A stretch of 64,000 bases of DNA from Chrysomallon squamiferum (taxonomy: Eukaryota; Animalia; Mollusca): positions 6,448,001 through 6,512,000 of the forward strand of contig CM022670.1 in assembly GCA_012295275.1 (NCBI GenBank), read 5' to 3'. This document shows positions 42,808-55,881 of this stretch, in pieces (the first letter of the stretch is position 1; the number at the start of each line of letters is the position of its first letter). The translations under genes were made by a program, and so were the position numbers. Under the pieces are notes generated by a model. That model was not told the DNA's origin and ran no database searches. It saw only the letters and a list, made by a program, of their open reading frames with translations.

Positions 42808-43833
42808 CTAAAGAATTAAAAACCCAATGTTGATGTTAAGATATACTGATTTCTTTTTGTTCTTGTTGTTCCCGTCGTTGTTTTTTTTTTTTTTTTTTTT
42901 TTTGTATGTTTAGTTTTATTGTTCGTTCTTGTCTCTTTTTTTCTTCTTTTTGTTTGTTTTCTTTTATTTTAGGTCGTTTTTTCTTCTTTTTTTAACGAAT
43001 GTTTATTGCTAATGTTGTTTTTTTATTTGTCATTATTTCTTGTTTTCTTTTCTTTTTTAGCTTTCCGAATTTATTTACTGAACTTTTATAAAAAAAAATA
43101 TTAAAAAAAAGAAGAAAAACTTGTTTATTTTAATTCTATTTCAGAAATTACAGTAGTTCATTAATTCTCTTTCTCACTCTCTCATCTTTATTTTTATCTT
43201 TGATTTTCTTTCATTCTTGCTTTAAACCCATCTCTCGCCTTTCCTTTCCCTCTCCCGTTTTAACGTTATCTCACTCATCCTCCCTTATCTTCCTCCCTCT
43301 CTCTTTTCTAATCATTATTACATGCAGATCTCCGACATATTTTTTCTTTATCTATCTATCTATCTTTCTCTATTTGTCTATCACGTCATATAAAAAAAAA
43401 AAAAAACCCACTAAGGCTAAATTCTTTAAATATTAAACTCTGTTTCTCCAGAGACCAAATTGAAGCCATTACTTGCTGATCACTTGGTCCATGAATCAGA
43501 AAGTCCAAGGAAAGTGAACAAATCAATACACGCGAAGTGGTTGCGTTTTCACATTAAGTTACTTGCAGCATTTGATATCTTCGCTCGCAAGAGCTTTTAG
43601 ATTGTAAGTAATGTTTGATAAAATAATACCTCGTACATCGCGCTTAATGTCTTTTCAGTTTTATCTATTTCGAAACGGGAGAGGGCAGATGGGGGAGAGA
43701 GATGCTGGGGAGAAAGAGGAAGATACGCTGGAGTAATAGGGGTAGAGGTAGAGAGCGACATAAAGAAAGAAATGAAAAAAAAGAAGAGAAAAACGAAGGC
43801 GCGGAGAAAAAGGAATGAGATTAAGGCGACTGT

Positions 43834-43932
<99 letters not shown>

Positions 43933-44345
43933 TGTGTGTTTGTGTTCGTGTTTAAATGAGAGAAATATACATGTGTTGTTTATTTACACTCCATTTTATT
44001 GTTCGAATAAAATTATTTTTTATTATTAACTAATTTGATTTATTTTATCATTTTCTATAACATTAATTTATTTTCTGTTATTGTAGTTTATTACTGCAGC
44101 TGCTGTCATCAGTTACTCAGAGATTTCGGAGTAAATTAATTTTTTTTTTTATCAAACAAATGAGAAATCCTTTCTTTCTTCGCCTGATTCTGTTACCTTA
44201 ATTGTTTTTGTTTTTTTCTGATTGATCACTCTCTGCGCATTTTATCTTTTTAAGAATTTCTTATGCTAAAGAAATACAAAACCTGACATAAAACTTGGGA
44301 ATCTAATTTCAGAAATGTTAGCACATGAGAAAAAAAAAGTCTATC

Positions 44346-44679
44346 GAATTAGCTGTTCTACACGTAATAAAATATATCACACTGTTTCTATTAAAATACA
44401 TCACGCTGCTCATATTAAAATTCAACGGCATCTGCTTAATTAGCTGTTTTACACGTATTAAATTACATTACGTTGTTCGTATTAAAATACAACGTAAACA
44501 TCATCTGCTGAATTAGCTGTTTTACACGTATTAAATTACATTACGTTGTTCGTATTAAAATACAACGTAAAACATCTGCTGAATTAGCTGTTTTACACGT
44601 ATTAAATTACATTACGTTGTTCGTATTAAAATACAACGTAAACATCATCTACTGAATTAGCTGTTTTACACGTATTAAA
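44346..44679. repeat. Intronic 71-73-bp tandem repeat (3 near-perfect, 1 partial, 1 diverged copy)
   Basis: AATTAGCTGTTTTACACGTATTAAA at 44438, 44511, 44582 and 44655. A diverged copy is at 44347. Confidence 0.9.
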
Positions 44680-45044
44680 GCTGTATATTTTAGTTATGAT
44701 ATAGTCTAACGTATAACGTTGTAAGCATGCAAACTGTACTGTGTATATTTATGTAAAATGTATCAAAATATTCTGTACATTGAAAAATCACGTTACGTGT
44801 TAAGCACAATTCTGGATAATTACTTTTCTTTATTCTACATATAAAACTACTTTTGTATACTTATACGTGCAAAATTCCAGATAAACACACATATATACAT
44901 ATATACTCACATATTTATACATGCATATATACATAATTATATACACACATACACAGACGTACATAGACACACATTTGTGCATACATATACACATACATAC
45001 ATATATACACACACAACACACGCACGCACGCACTCACACACTCT

Positions 45045-45101
<57 letters not shown>

Positions 45102-45789
45102 TATATATTATTCAGCTACATCTTACGTATCAGATTATTATCAGATTATTACACACTGTAAAATTCTGCACGAGGTCAAGCACGTTTAAGAAAATAAATC
45201 TATCGATGTAACATTAAGAATTTATTAATAAATATTCCGACTGACAGCCCTACAGAAATCCAAAACTGATCTGAGCCTATTACACTACTCTATACATACA
45301 AACTAGATTCCGCCGTTCTTGCTACACGAGGTACTCGTAAGAAATTGTTCCTAACAAAAGGTCAAGAATGTGAGGATAATAATTATCATCACTGTCGATT
45401 TGTTACGATCGTGTTTAAGTCGTGCTTTCTGGGTGTTTCTCGATATGTGTGTGAAGTGGCTGTTTGACCTTTTTTCTGAAGTCTTTAGTATTTTAGTTCC
45501 CACAAATTTAGTGTTTTTACTCTTGTTTCACGTGTTAATGTTTTGTGTTATGGGACTGGTGTGATTCTCAAAGGGTTCCTGCTGTTTTGTATGTTGCTAC
45601 CACATTACAAATGTTACTACTGCTGCAGTCGCTTTTAACACTTACACCATGCGTATTGATTTTATTTTGTTATTAACAATATCACTACCACTGCTATCTC
45701 TACTGTAGTTACTTTTATCACGAACCTGCTTACACGGCTATTTATTAATATATTATTATATTATTACTATTACTACTACTATTACAACA

Positions 45790-45823
<34 letters not shown>

Positions 45824-45953
45824 TTACTGAAGTCACCATCAGCTACATGACAGTTACAAATTCCAAAATCTACAGTCGTCACTACTACTACTACTACTAC
45901 TACTCTACTACTATTACTACTACTACCACTACTACTACTACTAATACTAATAC

Positions 45954-46008
<55 letters not shown>

Positions 46009-46271
46009 AAAGGTTATCATATTAAAAGTAATTTAATTACTAATGTTATTTTATCACTGTTACTAACATTAGAACCGGGCAGCTATCGTTTCTGTTACTA
46101 CTAATGCTAATGATGATTTCGATAAGGACGATTATAATGATGATTATCATAATGTTGGTAAAGACGATGATGATACCACCAGTGCTGGTAGAAAGACAGG
46201 ATCACGAAGTTTACTACAATGAAATAAAGTGACGTGCTACACAAACAGCTAATTTATGATAAGTTACTCAC

Positions 46272-48992
46272 CTTTCTGAAGGTGTAGAAGTGCTGAGCTC
46301 CAAACTGGTCTGAGTTGATTTTTCTCAAGTACGGTTCCTCTGTGTCTGGACCCGACTCGAACGATATCATAGTCTTGTCACCCTTCAGAATGTTGTCGAT
46401 GTTTTTCTCGGCGTCATCAGCGCTGCCAGAGCTGTCGTCGCCGGGCACGCTGTGCCAGTAGTGTTTCTCAAAGCCGCGGACATCATTCGTTTCCTGAACA
46501 GCGACAGAATGTCTGGCACGACGTCTCGTGTCGGATCGCTTCAGATATAAAATGACAGCTACGACGACGACAAACATGACGATGGTGACACCTCCGACGA
46601 CACCGGAAATGATGATGTATTTGATATCGCTGCGGTCGGCCATTGTTGCCGTGGCGTTGACGTAGATGACGATGATGTTTAACTTCTGCTGAGTCTCTTT
46701 CTGTGGGTTGCCGTGGTCGCGTACGGACACAGTGAGCGTGTAGAACTCCGAGTCCTTCATTCCAAGATGGCGTCTGAGGAAGACTTCGCCTGTGTGAGTT
46801 CTGATCTCGAACGTGTTGTCTTTGTTCCCGCCCGCAATCGAATACGACAGATTTCCATTCTTCCCGTCGTCCATGTCAACAGCCTGGATTCGCGTGATGT
46901 AACTCCCGGGTTTCATGTCTGACGTGATCGTAACAGAATTGTTTCTTCCGAATGGAAATATAATGACAGGGGCGTTGTAGTTGGCACGCACGATGTTGAT
47001 GACAACGATGCCGGTGTTGTTTAACGGCGGAGTTCCTTTGTCTTTGACTAGCACTTCGAACTGGTATCGCTTCTTCATCTTCCAGCTGAGTTTCCTGTCA
47101 GTTCGGATAACTCCGTCGGAGAAAACGACAAACGGCGGAAGCTCTCCTCTGACGATCATCAAGAATTCAAACTGAGCGTTTCTGCCGGAGTCGGCGTCTG
47201 TGGCAAACAGCTGACCCACGGGACTTCCTGCCTGCTTGTCGTCTGAGACAGAAAACAGCAAGGACGATTTCACGAACTGCGGCTTGTTGTCGTTCGTGTC
47301 TATCACGTTAATGACCACGCTGGCTGTTCCGGTGAGCGGAGGTTCGCCCTCGTCACGAGCTGTCACGGTGAAAGAAAAGGTAGAAATATTTTCTCTGTCG
47401 AGCACTTCGTTTATCACAATGTATCCGTCCTGGTGGTCAATGCGCACTGTCGAATCGCTGTCAACTGTCAGAAAATAAAGAGTTTTTGCGTTGTGTCCAA
47501 TATCCCGATCTGCCGCAGAAACCCGTCCAATAATTTCTCCCTTTCGATTATTTTCGGAAATATTGAAAATATATTTTGGTTGGCTGAATACAGGTGCGTT
47601 GTCGTTTTCGTCGGTGACTCTGAGAAAGAAACTGGATTCAGCCGAGAGTCGGGGCGATCCAGAGTCCGTGCAGATAACCGTTATATTTATTTCATCTTTA
47701 GTTTCCCGATCCAACTTCTGATCCAACTGAACTATGTAACCGCGTCCTTCCAAAATCCGCACAGAAAACATTGAGTTCGTGCACGAGCAGTTAACTACGC
47801 CATTAGGGCCCTGGTCTCGGTCTGTTACTTTGATGTGAGCCAGCACAGTCCCCACCCTGGCTGCTTCTGACAGGATGACGAGATCGCCCACCCCTGATGA
47901 CACCGGGTTGACGTGAATAAGGGGCGGGTCGTTGCCAACGTCCCTGACGTAGATTCTCACAAGAGTTTGCGATTCTAGAGGCGGTTCGCCCTGATCTGTA
48001 GCTTTGACGAAAGCTTTAAAATGTTTGCCTGCTTCGTACTGCAGCTTACTCCTCACTCGAATCACTCCGGACAGCTTGTCTATTAAAAACAGAGGGTAAA
48101 CCTCGCTGTCCGTCTCCGCGTCAAATCTGTACGTGACGTTAGCGTTAGCGCCAGCGTCTTTGTCCGTGGCTCTCGGGCGACCGATGGTCGAGCCTATGCG
48201 GGTGTTTTCGGCCACGACGTAGTCGTACACCTGCTTTGAGAACACCGGAGGAGAATCGTTCACGTCAGTCACATTGACCAGAACTGTGAGGTTCCCAACA
48301 AGAGGCACTTTGCCGCTGTTTTTAGCGAGAATGTAGAATTTGTACTGGCTCCTTTTTTCCCGATCTAAACGTTTTCTAACTACGATTCTAAGACTAGATG
48401 TCCCATCTGACCTTTCTTCCACGTGAAGACCAAATTTGTTACTGCTGGATGCCAACTCGTAAGAAATCTTTGAATGGTTTTTACCTTTGTCTTTGTCACT
48501 TGCGCCCTCAAGTCTGAACGAAGTTCCGATTGTAACCGATTCTGGTATCAACAGTGTTATAACGTCCTTGGAAAATTCTGGAGCGTTGTCGTTGACGTCT
48601 GAAATTGCGACAGATACTGTAATGATCTGAAAATACGACGTCTTCAGTGACGTTACGGCCACTTCGAATTCAATCACGCAGTCAATTTGAAAGGCACACA
48701 ATGATTCTCTATCGATTATTGATACTGTGTAAATATCACCGGTTTCCGAATTGATGCTAAATATCGATGACACTTTGGTGATTCCCTGACTGAGAAAGTT
48801 GTAACGTAAATGAGAAAACTCGGCTGCTGGGACGTCCTTCTCGATTCCGCTTCGCGTCGCCACACTGCCTACATAATAACCGGAAGGCATGTTTTCTGAG
48901 ATAGTAAATTTCACGATTATTTCTTGAGCACTCGTGAATGTAAAACACAGACTGACAAAGGTAATCCATTTCAAACACAAATGAATCGCCAT
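46272..48992 (-). CDS. PCDH: Protocadherin (delta-1-like, 7 EC repeats), large coding exon: signal peptide, EC1-EC7, TM, juxtamembrane tail
   Basis: 912-aa ORF, much more GC-rich than its flanks. Signal peptide MAIHLCLKWITFVSLCFTFTSA. Cadherin motifs include xE, DRE, DxD and linkers DVNDNAPEF, DVNDSPPVF, DVGNDPP, DENDNAPVF, DTNDNKPQF, RANYNAP. EC1 has the protocadherin C-X5-C loop (CAFQIDC, 48678-48698). TM is YIIISGVVGGVTIVMFVVVVAVILYL. Donor AAG|GTGAGT follows ...FYTFRK at 46272 (phase 0; 907 codons). The symbol is family-level only. Confidence 0.96.
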
Positions 48993-49065
48993 TTTCTCAA
49001 CTTGAACACCTGTTTTCAGACTGCAGGAAAATGATCTTCATTCTTTAAAGTGCGCTATCAGACAG
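48993..49065 (-). other. 5' UTR part of the large exon, with 3' splice acceptor
   Basis: TTATTTTATTTTCAG| acceptor (AG at 49066-49067) lies 73 nt upstream of the ATG. A second acceptor TTTTCCTGCAG| is at 49021-49022. Confidence 0.6.
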
Positions 49066-50108
49066 CTGAAAATAAAATAAAACGAATGACACACATGAAA
49101 AGAAAAAATCGCTGTTGTATTAATTGTGACTAATTCTGTTGATTTTTTATGAATATGAATGAACATACAAAAGTCTTTGAATTATTTGTAACCGGACATT
49201 GATGTAAGCACAAAAAATAAATCCATTAAAATTATTAACTTTTTCGTAATTTAAGAACTGGAGAAATTATATAACCTAGAAATATAACTATTTATTTATT
49301 TTGCTGTATTTTAATATAACTTTCCTATTTCGCGAATTCTGACAATCCTACAACCAGAAAAAGTAATGAAATTAAAAGAGTTTTATTTGATATTTAAAAA
49401 ATTCTATTTAGAACTCACATTAATTATTCAACCTTTAAAAATAATATGATAGCTTTATTAATTTTAATGTAGTTGTTGTTTTTTATATTTTTTTTATATT
49501 TTTGTTTTGTTTTGTTTTTTTGTTTGTTTTTACAACAGAAGACGTTTCACACTGATAATGTAGTGATCGTCACAGCTGTACAAGAAATAGTTTATTTCCT
49601 CTCTCACTAAAGAGTGAAGCAAATTCATTTATCTCCTCCTGAAGCAGACTATTAACTGTTGTGTGTTACGCCGGTTTACACGTGACACATCACTGGACAC
49701 AGTGGTAGCAACAAGACAACGGATGTGACACCAGTCTAACTGACACAGCAATAGACTCACAGGCTTACACTTTGTCATCTTAAGTAGCATACAAGTTAAC
49801 GTCAGGTGGACAGTAAGGGAGAGTGAGAAAAGATGATGATGCACATATACAGAGAGAGAGAGAAAGGGAAGGAAGAGAGAATGTTTGTATGTGTTTCGCA
49901 GTGTGTTTAAATCAGTTCGGGTGTATGTGTGTGTCGGAGGATAAATGAAAGAAAGAATAAAAAAAAAAAAGGGTACACAATAAAATACTGAAAAAAAGAG
50001 GAAAGACAGAAACAGAAAAAGTATTGAATGAAAAGAGAAGGGAGGAAAGAAAAAAGATTATTACAGATAATTTCTTTGTAATCCAATCAATTTATTTCTC
50101 TTCATAAA

Positions 50109-50141
<33 letters not shown>

Positions 50142-50814
50142 ATTGATAATTCTTTGTCCTAATCGATATTTGTGATCAACATTATGGATTCTTCATTGTA
50201 GTCCGACAAGCTTGGATTAACCAGAATACCGTTTTTGTCTAACGAAAATGACGATGTTTAGCGAAGATTAACGATGTCTGGTGAATTTTTGACGAAGTCT
50301 GATAAAAGCTTTAACAAACTCTGACGAAGTTTCACGAAGTTTAATGAAATATGACGAATTCCCTTAACGACACGGTCGTCTTGGAATACGCTTTCAAACG
50401 AGAGGACATTTATAACTAAACTCCCATCGGCCGTCTCATAACGGTCCCATAACAATAAAATAAAACTGACAGAGAAAACCTACTGGTGTGTTAAAAAGTG
50501 TGTTTAAAGATTTATACCCAGAAGAAACGTCTGAGCTGACAACAACAACAGCAGTACGATTGTTTCCGCGTGCAACGACAGTTCAGAGTACGAACTCAAA
50601 ACGTAATGAAATGATTTTCTTATGAGTCAAATAAAATCGATTCCACTCCGAGCTTTGTTGCTGTAAATCTCATGGTTTATTACTCAAGCGACTGTTTTGA
50701 CTGAAAGATGACATTATTAAAATGTAGTAAAAATGAAATCGTTATGACACTACCATAAAAGTATATATTAACTTACAACTAAAATTTATATATATATATA
50801 TATATGCATTAGTT

Positions 50815-51375
50815 TTGATGTTGTTATTAGTGGCAGCAGTAAAAGCAGCAGTAGTAGAAGAAGTAATTATTAATAATATTAGTAGCAGCAGTAGTTGTAG
50901 CAGTAATAGTAGTAATGATAGTAAATATAACAGTGGTACCAGTAGTATTAGCAGTCGTCGTAGTAATAGTAGTAGTGATAGTGGTAGTAGTGGTAGTAGT
51001 AGTAGTAGTGGTAGTACTAGTAGTAACAATAATACTAGTAGTGGTAGTGATAGTGTTGTAGTGGTAATAGTGGTAGTAGTGGTGATAGTAGTAGTAATAA
51101 TAATAGTAGTAGTAGTAGTGATAGGAGTAGTAGTGGTGATAGTGGTAGTACTAGTAGTAATAATAATAATAGTAGTAGTAGTAGTGATGGTGTTGTAGTG
51201 GTAGCAGTGGTGATAGTAGTAGTAATAATAACAGTAGTAGTAGTAGTGATAGGGGTAGTAGTAGTGATAGGGGTAGTAGTGGTGATAGTGGTTGCAATGT
51301 TAGTAGTAATTGTAATAATAATAGTGGTTGTAGTGAAAATAGGTGATGTTGTGTTACTGGAGGTGATGATGATAA
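50815..51375. repeat. Long degenerate (GTA/GTG/ATA)n trinucleotide tract
   Basis: About 560 bp of TAG-family triplets. It generates spurious poly-Ser and poly-Val/Ile ORFs. Confidence 0.9.
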
Positions 51376-52689
51376 TAATGAGGAGGAGAAGGATAAAGGC
51401 TGTGATATATGTAAATAAATATTTAAAATAAAATAAAATAATAATACATAATAAATAAAATTTAATGACTGATGAAAAAATAAATTTGTTTATCTGGCAT
51501 ATATTTGAAATGCTTTATTTTTATATATGTATATAAGTTAAAACATCAAAAATCATGAAAGAAAACTGTAATAACATCAGAAATTTCTGTTTCTTTTCTT
51601 TCTTTCTTTCTTACTTTTTTTTTTTTTTTATTATTATTATTTTTTTTTTTTACATAAACTGAATTTTCCAATACAAACATTACTATTTATCGTACTGCAA
51701 CATATAAATGATATTTCACATTTTTCTAATGCATCGTAAAATCATAATAAATAAATTATACCTAAACCAAAAGTATTTCAAATATTGTAAAATATAATTA
51801 CAACATGTACTTTATTCTTATGTATTGTTTTGTTTCCATCACAACATAAAAAAGAAGAAAGAAAACAAAACAACAACATATAAAAAATAAAAAATTTATG
51901 TTTGTTTGTCTGTCTTGATATAAACTGACAAACACGTCTTTATTTCATTCCAAATAGTCACGTGTGAGTCAAATAAGATAATAACAGTTTTGAAAACTGT
52001 TTGAATATTTCAAATTTTTAGATGAAATGCATTTTTTCACAGTGCTACTTTGTTATAACGAAACACGCACATTTAGAATCCGTATATTTTTAAATAATTC
52101 TGTCGAATACCATTACACAAATTAACATTATCCTACAACAAAAAAATAAAATAAAATAAAATAAAATGTCTGGAACCAGTGTATATTTTCAACATTATTT
52201 GCGAATTAAAGTTAAGGAAACCAGTGGCATTTGTTTTCAGGGGTTTAAATACAAAAATACATGTTTTGAATCAGTCTATTTTTGTAAACTGTCGCGGAAC
52301 GTCGTTATGGTGCTCAGTGGCGTTTTCCTTTCAGTGATCTATTGATCGGGAAACGCTAATCACCGGAAAACAAAGGCTGGGAAATATTCTGCCTGGTGTT
52401 ATCTATATTTAATTTCTGGTTAGCAGGTAGCGCAGAAAGCAGCAGAGGCAACATACACGACATGAAACAGTCTGACATGCAATTTCATCATCATCGCAGT
52501 CTTCATCAATAATAAATTAAAAGACATTTGGTGATTTGGTGGATTTGTTCAACAATGCAGAGTTCTTACGAACTAAGGCACATTTATAGGTTGTTTTTTT
52601 AAAGTTTTTATTATATATATATAAAGTTTTATTATCAGTTTTGATCATTTTATTTAATATTTTAATTTTAATATTCTTTTTAATTTTAA

Positions 52690-52733
<44 letters not shown>

Positions 52734-52969
52734 TTATTATTATTATTATTATTATTACTAAATTTATATAAATTAATTATTCAGTCTACTTTTGAAATGA
52801 CAATTGTTTTGAAGATATAGAAATAAAATGAAAGTATAAGAAATGCATAGTGTTCAGATTTACGTCATTCATTAATTACACAAGTCATTTAGCGTTCATC
52901 TATTATTAATATAAATTGTAAACTGAAAAATTAATTTTTAAATCCAGCGATATCGCATTAATAATAAAA

Positions 52970-53011
<42 letters not shown>

Positions 53012-53265
53012 TTTTAAATTTTAAAATTTTTGTAAAAATCATAAATAAAGATATTACAAAAAAATTAAAATCATACTCTTGCGTTCGAAATTCTTCCCAC
53101 CATCACATTATAAACTTCTAAAAAAAAAAAAAAATCTATGAAATAAACTTTATGAATTAAACATTATCAACTAAACGTTAAGAAAAAAAAAAATCGTCGA
53201 TAAACATTATTAAAAGGAACATTACAAAACAAACATCACAAACGAAACTCGCTGTGTTGACTTAC

Positions 53266-53510
53266 CCGTTCCTTGTTCAGTATTGATTTTCATTTTCACT
53301 TATCAGGGATTTTTTTTTTTTTCCAAACTGTTTGCTTTTCTGACCATTTGAGAGGTTAAATCGTTTACAATTATTCACAGCGCATCAGATCTGAAAGCCA
53401 TGAAAGAGGTCGCTGGCGGTCTCGCTGCGGGCTTCCAGCAGCTTGCGAAGTGAAGAACTGCAAAGACGAGCGATCTCGTGTCCTGACCCGTGAAAGATAC
53501 GATTACTGAA
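53266..53510 (-). promoter_or_regulatory. Candidate non-coding first exon / TSS region of the protocadherin
   Basis: CpG-rich island ending in the strong donor ACGG|GTAAGTC at 53266. Initiator-like TCAGT at 53509-53505. The 5' limit is uncertain. Confidence 0.5.
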
Positions 53511-54983
53511 GTCTTCAGCTTCTGTTGACACTAGACTCTACTGTCACTCTTTGCCCATTGCCATTTGGTGACAAAAAGATTCTATTTACAAATATTGAAC
53601 GTTTCTTTAATCTCCTTTTTTTTCTTCTTCTTCACAAAAACAAACTAGCATCTGCGCTTAAAGAAGCTGTAATTCCATTTCTGATGTTAATTAACTTCTA
53701 AAAACGTTTTCTTGCAGTTTCTAACTTTTTTTTTTTTTTTTTTTTAGAAATAGAATTTTCGTCGCGTGAAAAAATAAATAGCTAATTGACATTTTGTTTC
53801 TGACATCAAACTGACTTCTTCAATTTGGAAGCTGAAACGTTCTCTTGTAGCAAATGACGGTGGTAGAAGAAAAAATAAAAGGCGGAAGATAGACGATTTT
53901 AACAACGTCTAAGTCAGAATTACTCAAACAAATTGTATAAAGTTGAACGTTTGTCTTAGTGGCCAAATGAACAATTGACGCCTCGCAGTTTCAACAAGAA
54001 CCTGTCTGAAACCTGTGTGGTGTGTACATATGTCTGTTTATCAACAAATTGCCACTTTAAATATTATCACGAGCGTATTTCCGTGTTTCAAAAGAAAATA
54101 GCATTACAAAACATCTGTTAGACTTTGTTAGTTTTCCACTCTCTCTGTAACATTATTTGTACAACAAAGATATGGATAATGTAAACTCTTTTTTTTTTCT
54201 ATGTTTTAAAGACGTTATTTTTATTTTTATGTTTACAAAAAAAAAAAACCACCTATATTACGTCATCTAGATTTCTTTTTATCTGACTTTCAGAACAGAT
54301 TCTGAACTGGTAAACAATTTTTTTTTCTCTCAGTATTTTTATAGCTGTTATTTCAGTGTTTATGTATGGAAAAAAAAAAAACATTCCTACAAGAAGACAA
54401 CTAAATTTAACTAAACTTAAACAGCAGCTACTGAACACGTAACGTACTTTTGTAGCAAATGATTTTGCGTTTGAAGACAAAACAAACTGTTAGAGCAACA
54501 TATACTTTCTTGTAAGAAGACTTGTATAATACAGCTACTGAATATGTAACTCATTTTCTCTGATTTTGTTTGCAGCTTATTTTTTATGTCTGTAATCAAA
54601 ACAGGTTGAGAAAACATTTACCAATAACAAGGGTTACACAACACATTTACTCTAGCCGTGTATTATTATTTTTACACTAAATTGTTGTTTTCTAGCTGAA
54701 ACGAATTATGAAAACATTTAGCTGTACAGTAACTGGACTTATATAAGTTATATTTACGATATGTGTAAGGAAAAACAGACTGCGAAAATATTTGTTGAAA
54801 TTCAATTACTCGGCAAAGTCGTCGTGGAAAACATAAAAATAAAGGTCAATCTGTTGTCATTGTACATAGTAAAATTACTAAATCTATAATCTTTACTCAT
54901 CCTTCTTTGTTTTTGAAGTGCAAAAAAAAAAAAAAAAATCCACGAATAATATATGAACAGCCAAGCAGACAGACAGACAGATA

Positions 54984-55125
54984 CTGCTAAGTCTAAATCA
55001 AGTTTAAAGATAGACTTATAGATATATAGATGTTGCTAAGTCTGAATCAAGTTTATCGATAGACAGATAGATAGATAGATAGATAGATATTGCTAAGTCT
55101 AAATCAAGTTTATTGATAGATAGGT
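54984..55125. repeat. Three copies of TGCTAAGTCT(A/G)AATCAAGTTTA separated by GATA-type microsatellite
   Basis: Cores at about 54985, 55034 and 55091. Confidence 0.8.
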
Positions 55126-55157
55126 AGATAGATAGACAGACAGACAGACAGATATAT

Positions 55158-55259
<102 letters not shown>

Positions 55260-55847
55260 GACTAACGTAAGTTTCACTATGATGAAAACCACCATATGAT
55301 TTGTGTAACCTATTTGTCTGTGTACTTTTCGACACTGATTTAATTCTTTTTGAAGTTGAAGAAAATTGTGAAGAAGACATAAGTTAGTTATACGCGTCTT
55401 TAGAACGTACCAATTTGTTCATTTCAGCGTATAGATTTTCCTCATCGATGGAAAATATTGTAAAACACAGATGTAGGGCTGATGAGAGTGAGACCACGTT
55501 AGTCTCTAGTTAACTCAGATATATTTTAGCAAATTACCAATCTCGTCTACATCTGTTAAGAGTATATATCGCTCCCACGTATGTATGTAGGTGTATTGTT
55601 TAAGGATCTTGTTATTTATGTTGTTGTGTTTGAAGTGAAAGTTGGGGTACATTAGTTAATGTATGTATATAGATGGATGGATAGACATACATACATACAT
55701 ACATACATACACACATACATACATACATACATACAGACAGACAGACAGATTTAATTCATTTATATAAATGACTGTTATGTTTAATTCATTTTTTAAATTA
55801 TTGATTTATCATCATCATTATCTTTATTATTTTCATTATCATCCTTA

Positions 55848-55881
<34 letters not shown>

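Noticed and set aside
44346-44679. Repeat array with internal palindromes, superficially CRISPR-like (also 54984-55125)
   Set aside because: The units are near-identical over their full length or separated only by microsatellite. There are no unique spacers, no cas genes, and the context is eukaryotic.
45126-45155. Another possible cassette exon (TTTTACAG|...|GTAAGA) in the large intron
   Set aside because: It contains an in-frame TAA in phase 0 and has a weak polypyrimidine tract.
46713-48978. Short ORFs overlapping the protocadherin exon on the + strand or in other frames
   Set aside because: Shadow ORFs of a GC-richer coding exon, with no independent motifs.
50742-51431. Poly-Leu, poly-Ser and poly-Val/Ile ORFs resembling membrane proteins
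   Set aside because: They are translations of a degenerate trinucleotide microsatellite in intron 1.
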